Below, in pieces: positions 53,801-64,000 of a stretch of 64,000 nucleotides of DNA (position 1 is its first letter; every line of letters starts with the position of its first letter). The stretch comes from Octopus bimaculoides (Eukaryota), in NCBI RefSeq assembly GCF_001194135.2, contig NC_068984.1, positions 36,862,986-36,926,985 on the forward strand. Direction: 5' to 3'. Made by a program: the position numbers and the translations under genes. Below the pieces are notes generated by a model. The model searched no databases, had not been told where the DNA came from, and worked only from the letters and a program-made list of their open reading frames with translations.

Positions 53801-55269
53801 CGGAACATTTTACTACATGAAGTGACGCCTTAGTTTCATATTTAAATCATATTGATAAGAAGCTATTTAATATCGTTCTTAAAACTCTAACAAACATATT
53901 TTATGTCGTTTAACGTATGGGCTTTAGAAAATAATAATTACTTCTGACCTTTCATTAATGAAACTGAAATGGTTTCCGTAGATAAAAATGCGTTTCTCTA
54001 AGAAATGAGATTATTTGGGAGCGAGTGCTTTTATACAATAAAATGATAAAGTAACATTAAGTTTTCGATAAATAGTGACCAAAGCACCGTCATGAAAGCA
54101 TGTTGAATTGTACAAAGGGAAGAACTATACGTGACATTAGTGCCCATAGCACACAAATATTCTCTTATTTATTCGAGTTTATATGCTGTTGGGTCATTAA
54201 TAATAATGAATTGAATAATTATTGAAAGAGCTGTTTATCCTTCGCAATAAACAATGAAAGGCCATGAAGAATTATTTAAATATATTAGCTCCGTATTATT
54301 AAACAATATATGAAACGTTCCTTTATATTAAGCAATTTATGACCCGTTCACTCTACCCAAGAAATCATTGTTTTTCCGAAAGAAAACAGTCGCTTTCTTT
54401 TGGCAAAGGAAACCATTATTACTTTCTATTCTTTTTGAAACGGAATTTATGAAATTACTTTTTGAAGCATACATGGACATAATGGTTAAAAGAAGAATAA
54501 TGTTATAGATCATTCAGTTTTTCCTTGCTTTTCATATCGATGCATTAAGAGGGAGTGATGATGGTGCTTATGGCTGGTACATGATAGTGGATAGTACGAA
54601 TTATCAATAAGATATATTTTTATGAAATATTCTTCACATAGCGAACTATTCAGAGTATAAAACTTGGCCCCAAAATACATTTTTAAATGTTTTATTTTCT
54701 ATAGAAACGTCTCATATTTTTTCTCTGAGATATGAAAATGTAATACGGACTGATAATTTCAGCTTGAAATTTGCTACATCAGCTATATATTCTTCTATAG
54801 ACATTTCCTATAGAGCAGCATTCGTGTCAGTAAAACCCTATCTTGTAATGGAATGACAATGAAAAGCTTTCAGTTTTCTGGATCAATTTGACATATATGA
54901 TTACTTTCCTATTACTTCTAGATAGTTGTTATAAGTATACTCAAGTGGAATTTCAACCGCTATATCCTCCGACATCATTAATTTTCTCGTACATCGTGTT
55001 TGATTGTGATTTATCATATCAATGTAATTTCTGTTATCAAAGAGATTTTCTTTTAGCCTTCCAGCTATTTAACACTCAATATTCTTTTCGTATATTCAGT
55101 TAACCGAAAGCAATTTTATCTTTTTATCTTTTTTTAGTTATTGTAGCTCTAGAATCTCATCACAATAAGGTCTTTCTTCAGATTCAGCTCCTAAGAAAAA
55201 AAATTTTTCTAACTCGGAAGTAGTTGTCAGAGTTCAAATTCGTTTACGAATTGTAATTTCCAGGAAACC

Positions 55270-55540
55270 ACTGTCTGCTCGAAGAAAGAAAATTACCGGC
55301 TGCAAAAGAAATTTTACAGAAACTTTCTATTCGCCGATGCGGATGTCTGGCCTATTTCTGTATATTTATTACAGCTGTTTAGTTACCATGGACATTCTGG
55401 GAAATTATCAGATTATTTTCTAATTTTTAGGACATAGAAAATAGGAGTTAATGGGGAAAACTGAAGAAGAAATAGAAACGCAAAACAAATTGGCTTAACA
55501 AAACGATTGATAATTTTTGGCGGATTGATAAGCTTAGTGG
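55270..55540 (+). mobile_element. Possible decayed RTE 3' end
   Basis: ERKLPAAKEILQKLSI and GH...LMGKTE loosely match the RTE C-terminus. Confidence 0.3.
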
Positions 55541-57099
55541 ACGAATTGGTATCTAGAGTTTCTATAAAATGCTACACATGAATGATTGTATTCATACTAT
55601 GTTATTAATACACTGAAATATTTTTCTTTTATCGTAATCAACTCTTTTCCGAAATTGTGTTAGTAGAAAAAGTTTTCTTACAGAGATAGGAGAATAAATG
55701 TAACCAGAAAGGATATAGTGAAAGAGATCGAGATAAAATGAGATATAACTGAGAATGAGTAAGAGTAAAAGATTTAATAAACAATTGATAACTAATGAGA
55801 TAGCTGATAGCAATTTATAGTCTGTAACATATAAATAACATCTTTAAAGATGAAATAAAACGAAAGTAAGCTGCATAATTCTACACCACATATATTCACC
55901 TTCATGGCCTAAGGAAGTGGTGAGATTTCTACAAAGAAACTCATGTGTAAAATATTTTATTCCATCTTCTTAAGAAACGTAGAAAAATATTACTGCTAGC
56001 GAGTTAACAGATGGAAAATGAAACATAATTATACAGTGAGCTTTAACACGATTTCTATTTGTTACAGGGTCGTATTTTGTGAAACAAAACTCAGGAAATT
56101 CATAATAAATTGATAAAGCGAGAAACGCATAATATTTTCATTTTTAATTGAATTATTACAGGATAGTAATAATCGGTAAAGTGACATAAAAATAAAAAGC
56201 ACTAATTGTTCTGATTTTTACGTTCTAAACTCAATTTTACTTTTCATCTCCCGAGTTGCCAAAAGAAAGTACTTGGTAAATACTGGGGACCAGTTAATCA
56301 ACTTACAACACCTTCTCTTAAAACTGCTGGCGTTGTGTCAAAATTAGAAAGGAATTGCTATCAAGGCTGTGAACTGGCTAAATCGTTAGTGCATAAGAGA
56401 AAAAGGAAGAATATTCTTGTTCTTTGTGTTCTGAGTTCACATTCCAACGAAGTCAACTTGTCCATCAATAATGGGTCGATAAAATACATTACTAGTCATG
56501 CACTGAAGTCAGTGGCATCAACTACTACCTCTCTCTTCAAAAGTGATAGCTTGTTCCTAAATCAGAAACTGTAAGGTAGTGAGGTGGCAGAATCTTTAAA
56601 GTATCGGAAAAAATACCTTGCGATATTTGTTCTGGTACTTTACATTCTGTTGTACAATCTCACTGAGGTTAACACCGCCGTTCTTCACTCCAGCTGTCGA
56701 TGAAATAAATTACTCTCTAAGTTGTTTTATCGATGATATCGACTTATTTCTTACCATCTAAATTCTTGGTCTTGTGCCTAAAATAGGAAATAATATTACT
56801 ACTGTTGTTTTTGTTGCTTTATTCTTTCAGATGAGGCTTCTTGCAAGATTGCTTAATGTTTTAAATTGTAACTGAATTTTTATTTTGATTTCATTTTGCG
56901 CTGGCATTGATAGTGAACATTTTGAAAGGGTTATACAAGTAGGTCGTGTTTTTAAAAATAATTCCATTTTTTATAAATTTTAGCATAACACTTCAAATCA
57001 ATATTGGTTTCCTGTTATACGGAAATTGTTTGCAGAAAAAATTACATTGAACACAGTTAAATAGTTACTAAACGGAAAAAGGAATATAAAACAAATACC

Positions 57100-57458
57100 A
57101 AAGCGCACTCAAATTACAAGAAAATAGAAAAAATAGTACTAATACAAAGTATTTAACAGAAACAAAAACAGTATACATACACAATCTTTTACAGAGGTGT
57201 GCAAATGGAGGAGAGTACTATAATTTTGCCTTTCCAAGAACCAAGGATTTTTTCTTGTCACATTCAAGACACAATCATAAAACTCTCTTGCTGACACGTT
57301 AAGTGAAATCGAGAGAGAGAATTTATGTGGCACCACTGCATGATTTTCGAAATAGAGGACGGAGAGAAAGTGCAAGCTTTAATATTAAGAGACGTATATC
57401 CTTAAAAATTAGTCGCACAATATTTCAAAAGAAGAAACACAACGCACGCAACCAGAAG
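57100..57458 (+). mobile_element. Possible decayed L1/Tx1 ORF1 fragment
   Basis: ILPFQEPRIFLVTFK and FEIEDGEKVQALI resemble ORF1-type sequence. Runs into a gap. Confidence 0.25.
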
Positions 57459-58049
57459 NNNNNNNNNNNNNNNNNNNNNNNNNNNNNNNNNNNNNNNNNN
57501 NNNNNNNNNNNNNNNNNNNNNNNNNNNNNNNNNNNNNNNNNNNNNNNNNNNNNNNNNNNNNNNNNNNNNNNNNNNNNNNNNNNNNNNNNNNNNNNNNNNN
57601 NNNNNNNNNNNNNNNNNNNNNNNNNNNNNNNNNNNNNNNNNNNNNNNNNNNNNNNNNNNNNNNNNNNNNNNNNNNNNNNNNNNNNNNNNNNNNNNNNNNN
57701 NNNNNNNNNNNNNNNNNNNNNNNNNNNNNNNNNNNNNNNNNNNNNNNNNNNNNNNNNNNNNNNNNNNNNNNNNNNNNNNNNNNNNNNNNNNNNNNNNNNN
57801 NNNNNNNNNNNNNNNNNNNNNNNNNNNNNNNNNNNNNNNNNNNNNNNNNNNNNNNNNNNNNNNNNNNNNNNNNNNNNNNNNNNNNNNNNNNNNNNNNNNN
57901 NNNNNNNNNNNNNNNNNNNNNNNNNNNNNNNNNNNNNNNNNNNNNNNNNNNNNNNNNNNNNNNNNNNNNNNNNNNNNNNNNNNNNNNNNNNNNNNNNNNN
58001 NNNNNNNNNNNNNNNNNNNNNNNNNNNNNNNNNNNNNCTGTACTAAAAT

Positions 58050-59390
58050 TATTATTATTATTATTATTATCATTATTACTGCCTTTGCACAGATTTTAAC
58101 GCTTGAGATGTACTACAGTGTCAGCTGTTCACTACCAGTGAACTAAGGTAACAACTCTTATTTTTCGAGCGTCATCCTGAGTATTCGAGGGGTTCCAAGC
58201 AGTGCTGTTTTATGCAAGTACTCCACCCTTATTGCAGCCCCTATTTGTTCCACGTATTTCTCGAGATTTTTGCTCACTTTTCCCAGAGCTCCGACAATTA
58301 CTAGTAATACTGCTACTTTTTTCATCGACCACAATTGCTTAATTTCCAAGGTAACCTGTCATAGCTCTCTCGACTTTTCTTTCTTCCTTATTGCATGCCT
58401 TGTTGTCAGCTGGGCATGCTTTGTCTATGATCCAGCATAGTTTGTTTTCTTTCTCAAGACTATGTCTGGTTTCCTATTCTCTATCTAATGATCGCACTAA
58501 ATCATAAAATCCCATAGGATATTTGCATTTCTATTTTGGACGATGCCATCAAGTTTGTGGACGTACCAATGTTTTCTCTCTCAAGTCCATACATGTTGCA
58601 AAGTGTGCAATGAGCAAACCTGGCTATATTGTCGTGGCGTCTCTTATATACTTTCTGGGATAATGGCATACATTGGCTGGTAATATACCATACAGTTTCA
58701 CCGTTCTGTCCACAAATTCTGCACTTATCACTTTCTGTCGTGTTGTATAATCTGTATTTTATTTGATTCTGTGATGTTGTTTGTTCTGATGTATTTCAGA
58801 ATTCCATTGACATTTTTCGTTCTTGGTTCAATTTCCATCGATCATCCTTTTTAAGCTTGCAAAAAATGTCGCTATCGTTCTTCTGTAGTCTTACCTTTAT
58901 TCTGTCGTAGATTGCCTTTTCTTCAGCTGTCATGTCGCCATTAGTTTTATTGTCTTCTTTTAAATCATCTATATGTCTCTCATCAAGTAAACTACCACTG
59001 CTCGTTTCCTGTGCTATGAAATTACTCTTATTAATAAGAACTGTATTTTCATTGTTATCTCTGCTGCTATTTTCCATGATCCGTCTTTTGGTAGCTTCGA
59101 GTTCTACTTCTGTTAACCAACAATTTTTTACTTATTGCTCTAGCTTGATCACATTGTCTTTGTTCCATGAGTTAAAACAATCCATTTTCTCTCCAATGAT
59201 CATATATACGTTGTCGGTAACCCTAATTTGAACACCATCTTATCTACCGGGCTGCTCATGTAGTAACACTCCATGACCACAGCATTAATTTGTTTGCTCC
59301 ATCTACGCCGTATGTGGTGGCCCCTTTCCGGATAGCGACAGGCTGGAGCCAGACCAGAATATCTGAGCCTACCGGGTGTAACACTGTCAC
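58050..59390 (-). mobile_element. Internally deleted R4/Dong-like element (N-terminus joined to CCHC/RLE, no RT)
   Basis: RRRWSKQINAVVMECY...GYRQRIYDHW...DQARAISKNCWLTEVELE...ILKYIRTNNITESN joins directly to NTTESDKCRICGQNGETV..ITSQC...YKRRHDNIAR...KPDIVL...VIVGALG...KTALLGTPRILR*, then an (AAT)n tail. Confidence 0.9.
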
Positions 59391-60264
59391 TATCATTTCA
59401 TATCTATTTCTTTGATAAAGCCATGTACTCTCTGTAGTAGTGTTTCCAACTCTTTATAATTTGTAGCGCATAGTTTGAGGTTATCCATATATAAAAAGTG
59501 GCTGATTGTTTTGCCGTAACATTTGTATCCACACCCAGTTCTATTTAGCATGTCAGATAAAGGTGTCAGTGACAAGCAGAAGAGGAGTGAGAGAGCGTGT
59601 CTCCCTGGAATATTCCTCTTCTAATGGGGATGGTTTTGGTTTTCACGAGTCCCTCTTTTGTTTGGAGCTGTAGCACTGTCTGCCATTTATTCATAGAGTG
59701 TCTTATGCATTTTATAATTATTGGTGCTACCTTGTTTATGGCTAGTGTTTCGAGGATCCAAGTGTGGGAAACACTATCAAAAGCCTTTCGGTAGTCGATC
59801 CAGGCCATACTGAGGCCTTTCTTCTTTCTGCGGTTGTCTTCACTTATGGCTTTATTGATCATTAATTGATCTTTACAGCCGTATGAGCCCTTGCAAGATC
59901 CCTTCTGCTCTTCTGGAAACAGGTTGTTATTTTCCAGGTGCTTACTCAATCTCTGCGATATTATTGCAGTAAAGGCTTTGTAGATTGTAGGGAGACAGGT
60001 TATAGGTCTGTAGTTTTGTGGTTTCTCCGTTTCCGTGCATTTGGGAATTAAGATGGTTTTCCCTTTCGGGAGCCATTCAGGCATTGTCTCTGGCTCTGCT
60101 AGTATGTTATTAAAGTTTTCAGCCAGCTTTCTGTGCATTCCTGTCAGGGATTTTAACCAGAAGTTGGGGATCTTTAAGTGCCCAGGTTCCTTCCATTTGC
60201 TTAGTCTTTACAGTGCCTGGATGACCTTTTCAGTTGCTATAGGGATCCAGATTTGCTCAGGTGC

Positions 60265-60265
<1 letters not shown>
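59390..60265 (-). mobile_element. R4/Dong-like RT-only fragment
   Basis: ORF 59566-60138 (NYRPITCLPTIYK, EEQKG, AWIDYRKAFDSV, RGIFQGDTLS) continues in a shifted frame to SHFLYMDNLKL, with the catalytic YMDD changed to YMDN. Confidence 0.92.
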
Positions 60266-60267
<2 letters not shown>

Positions 60268-60317
<50 letters not shown>

Positions 60318-60346
60318 CATTATTATTATTATTATTATTATTATCA
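60268..60346. repeat. (ATT)n microsatellite
   Basis: Trinucleotide run at the 5' junction of the R4 RT fragment. Confidence 0.95.
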
Positions 60347-60700
60347 TAGGTGAGCAGGCAGATTTGTTCCATGTCTGGCAAAAGGTTTAGCGGCATTTCG
60401 CCTGTCTTAATTTTCTGAGTTCAAATACTGCCGAGTTCGACTTTACCTTTCATCACTGGGAGTCGATAAAATAATTACCACTCGAGAACTGGGGTCGATA
60501 TAGTCGACTTACCCCCTGCTCCGAATTATGCCAAAATATATCAATATTATTATTATGACTGTTGTGGTTTAGGCTGTGAGCTGGCATAATCGTTACCGTA
60601 TCAGACAAAACACTGACTGACATTTCTTTCGGCTTCTTACGTTCTGAGTTCAAATACTGTCAAAATAAACTTTGTCTTTCTTCTAGCAAAATAGAAATCA
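60345..60700 (+). mobile_element. SINE copies
   Basis: 'ttctgagttcaaatactgccgagttcgactttacctttcatc...gtcgataaaataa' plus a second truncated head. Confidence 0.8.
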
Positions 60701-60795
60701 TCACCAATTGTGTATGTCAGAGTAATCACCCATATACTCAATCAAGAGGCCATGTTCGAAACCAGTATTATTATATTTGCACTACCACAAAGTCT

Positions 60796-61100
60796 AGTGG
60801 AAGCACATGGCTTAGTGCTTAGAATAGCGGACTCGCAGTCGAGGGATCGCGGGTTCGAATCTCAGACCGGGTGATATGCGTGTTTATGAGAAAAAACACC
60901 CATGCTCCACGCGGCTCCGGCAGAAGATAATGGCGAACTTCTGCTGACTCTTTCGCCACAACTTTCTCTCACTCTTTCCTCCAGCATATAGCAGCTCACC
61001 TGCGAGAGACCGACGGCCTCTCCAAGTGGGGAACTTATACGACAATGAAACCGGGAGACCGGCCCTTATGACCCAGGCATGGCTTGAGAAGGAACAATCC
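60796..61100 (+). mobile_element. tRNA(Arg)-like SINE (OR1/OR2 type by recall)
   Basis: A box 'tggcttagtgcttaga', B box 'ggttcgaatctc', 3' end 'gaaaccgggagaccggcccttatgacccaggcatggc'. No complete acceptor stem, so not an intact tRNA. Confidence 0.8.
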
Positions 61101-61325
61101 GAAAGTCTGCCGGTTAGTAAAATTGTTAACGAGTCGCACAAAAGAAAAAAACGCGTGACTGTATTTCTTCCAGATCTTACGCTCTGAGTTCAAATTCCAC
61201 CGAAGTTATCTCTCCTTTAATTCTCTCGGAATCGATAAAATAAGTGGAAGTTGAACATAGGGTCGATATAATTGATCTATCCCTTCCCTTAAAATTGCAG
61301 ATCACATTCCAAAATTTAAAACCAT
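61100..61325 (+). mobile_element. SINE (decayed)
   Basis: 'ctctgagttcaaattccaccgaag...tcgataaaataagt...ggtcgatataattga'. Confidence 0.75.
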
Positions 61326-61704
61326 TATAATAATACAGACGTTAATCTTTTATATCCTGAATTAATCCTTGAAATTAAGAAGTAATGGTATCAACGCCCA
61401 AGAAAATAAATACGAGTGAAGATGCGAATTTGCCAATGTTGACTACAGAGCTCCCATATGAACCCTTTACCTTTTGTTTCAGTTAAAACTGAGGATTATT
61501 TTAATTGAAGGTGAGATTGTGTGACAATTTCTACACGGTAATGAGTTACGAATTGAGATCAAGGCCAAAAAAGGCAATTTTCTTTTACATTCCTCCATTC
61601 TCAAGAAAATATGTATCTATGACGTTCTAAGATAAATTTAAATGAAGAATGCACCCTTCCAAAAATTCTCACTAAATTCTTTTCCAGAAATCAATATTAG
61701 TTAG

Positions 61705-61739
61705 TCAGTCAGTCAGCCAGTCAGTCAGTAGTGGCAGCG

Positions 61740-61801
<62 letters not shown>

Positions 61802-61895
61802 GGTGCTGCTGCTGCTGCTGCTACTACCGCCGCTGCTGCTGCTGCCGCCGCTGCTGATGCTTGTGGTTGTGCTGGTGGTGTTTTTGGTGGTTTTA
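61705..61895. repeat. Compound trinucleotide repeat (CAG)n(TAG)n(TGG)n(CTG)n
   Basis: Directly visible; explains ORF 61731-61913. Confidence 0.95.
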
Positions 61896-62472
61896 ATGTT
61901 GTATTTGCATTAGTATTAGATCATTGGCTCCATATTAGAAAACGAAAATGATGCATATTTCCCTGAGGTATAAAAATTTCAAACAGTACTTTTTAGAAGG
62001 TTCAGCAAATGCAAATTTTGCATGGTGTTAATGCATGCTTTAATTTTTTATTTTTTTAAGCTGCAATGGATACTTGTTACGAACTGATTATAGAGCGCCT
62101 AGGAGATGTGAGATAATATCCGAGAAATTAACATTTTAAAAAATATTTCTTTGGGTTACTGTGACCTCCAAATATAGCAATCTCGTTTATAAACATTTAT
62201 TTGTTTCATCCGCCATATTAGGTCCTTTGCATTCGATTATTTGGTCCCACTTGATGTTAAAAACCGATAAAATTGTTGCATTGTTATTTTACAACCCTTT
62301 CATGCTAGATCACTTTGCAGAATTTTGAACTTCACATTTTCGTCAAACAGGTCAGTGGTATTTGAATAAAACTGCATTATGGCAGCATCTTTGCAGCCAC
62401 AAACCATATAGGTTACAGTTTTCCGTGACAAGTCGAAATTGGTAACAGTTTCTGAAGTGTTATATGTCTTAC

Positions 62473-62532
62473 TTCTATGACCCTCTATGGCTTGTTTGTT
62501 CTTCGGAATCAACCAGATTAAGAGTTTCTCTT
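62473..62532 (-). CDS. Candidate 60-nt symmetric exon, unidentified gene
   Basis: ctctcttttaccag| (E)EKLLIWLIPKNKQAIEGHR |gtaagac. Phase 1 at both ends; the other two frames contain stops. Confidence 0.3.
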
Positions 62533-64000
62533 CTGGTAAAAGAGAGATGCGTGTCCTTCATACACTCCACTGGGAGGTCCTTTGTATCTCTCAACATGTT
62601 ACTACTTGATCATTAACTATGGCAGTGTGCTTCGATGTTTCACGACAATCTCTTTCAGTTTTCATTTTTTAACAATTTTCCTCATTACATTATCGTCATA
62701 TTCAAATTATCCTCTGTTGTGTTTTCTATGGCTTAAGTACATCTCACTTTGAATTATGGTATAAGTCTTTAGAATAATGATTCAGACATGACCAATTCGG
62801 AGTTTGTGAATCAGTATTTTATAAACATGATACAGACTAGTTTTATGACCATTATGTTTACATATATAGAGCTGAAAGCTTCATATTTTGAAATTAAACT
62901 TCATGATGTTTTTTCGTTGTTTATATTCTTATAATATGCATATTATTTCGCTTTTGCTCTCTGTTTTTATTCTTGAAATATTCTAAGTGATTTTAATATG
63001 TATCTCCTTAAATTAGCTAATCCAAAGAAAGTTCTACCTCAATTATATCAGTGTGTAACATAAATATAACAAACATAGCGAGGGACATTCCAGTTGAATT
63101 AGAACAGTCACAAAGAGCGAAAGAAGACATGCACCCAACACCAGAGCTGAAGACACCTCCGAAAGGAGGGGCCCCGCCACGTCAAAACGGTAGAGGAGTA
63201 GGGGCCGAAACCGGACGTGGTTCCTCCTGATGATGTCTTGAGCAAACTGGATCCTATAAAGGAGCTGTTGTGATAGCAGACCACGAAATATGGTTGAAAT
63301 TCCCTCGGCCGAAGTCTCGTTCTCGTGGATGAGCATTTTGGGAAAATACACATGTAGTACAGATACATAACTTTCAGGTCTATTTATGACAGTTATATAT
63401 CAAGAACCTTTACAAATAATGATTATCATTATTTGTATAGTATATTCATTTCTGATGCAAGTTTTCATACTTTTTTATGTAAATATCCTCGACTGATAAA
63501 GATTTTGTTTATTATTTTATCATGTTTTGTTTCAAGATAAATGTGTCTGGCAGCGATTCTATTTAGCTACGTTATTGTATTCACACGTAGTCACCAGTCA
63601 CCGATTAATACGAACATTAAAATTACATAACTTATCTTAGGCAAAGAGCAATAAAACTGAGAAAAAATAAGGTAATAAATATATAAGTACGTGCGTATGT
63701 GTATGTGTGCGTAACTGTGTGCCAGTGTGCGTATGTTTATTTGTTTTCCTATCACTGTTTTGAAACTAGTAATTATACATCTGTAAATCTGTGGACAAGC
63801 TATTGTTTAGGTTTCTTTCTTTCTTTGCTACCTGTCTGTATCACAATAGTTTTCATCGGGAATTTGTCATTTCATTCATCTTTTTGTAGAGCGGCATAAG
63901 GTTGACAAAGACGTTAATCTCCAGAGTTTAGATTTGAATTGTATGAGAGACTAACAACTGCCTTTTGAAGAAGAATATCCCTCTGAAACTGCCTAAGAGA

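Noticed and set aside
60796-60875. tRNA genes here and at 32540-32610
   Set aside because: Acceptor stems are incomplete and both run into SINE bodies.
63043-63351. Gustatory-receptor-like TVLIQ ending
   Set aside because: The TY..V..QF motif and spacing are not met, and there is no acceptor or upstream exon.

Overview
Eukaryotic, AT-rich, repeat-dense non-coding DNA from a draft assembly with 11 N-gaps. The SINE families (tRNA-derived heads, a recurring 'gtcgactttgcctttcatcctttcggggtcgataaa' body) and the density of microsatellites match my recollection of Octopus genomes, so a cephalopod source is an inference, not a database result. There is no rRNA, no convincing intact tRNA, no CRISPR array and no operon. 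Almost all ORFs in the supplied track are microsatellite or gap artefacts or pieces of decayed transposons. Recognisable elements: a full-length decayed mariner with TIRs, an internally deleted mariner, a Tc1/mariner MITE, pogo/Tigger relics, a CR1-clade LINE, several RTE fragments, R4/Dong-like elements, a HERO/NeSL-like fragment, probable L1/Tx1 ORF1 fragments, two Penelope-like GIY-YIG fragments and many SINEs. A few short segments have splice signals and open frames and may be exons of unidentified host genes; none could be named. The most interesting structures are an R4/Dong composite (an RT-only piece plus an RT-less internally deleted copy, bracketed by TAA repeats), a Penelope-like fragment closed by 60-bp inverted termini and nested in a second inverted-repeat pair, hammerhead-like cores in two repeats, and the orphan exon candidates. 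I see no well-supported novel multi-gene system. Element boundaries are approximate unless TIRs or splice sites are quoted.
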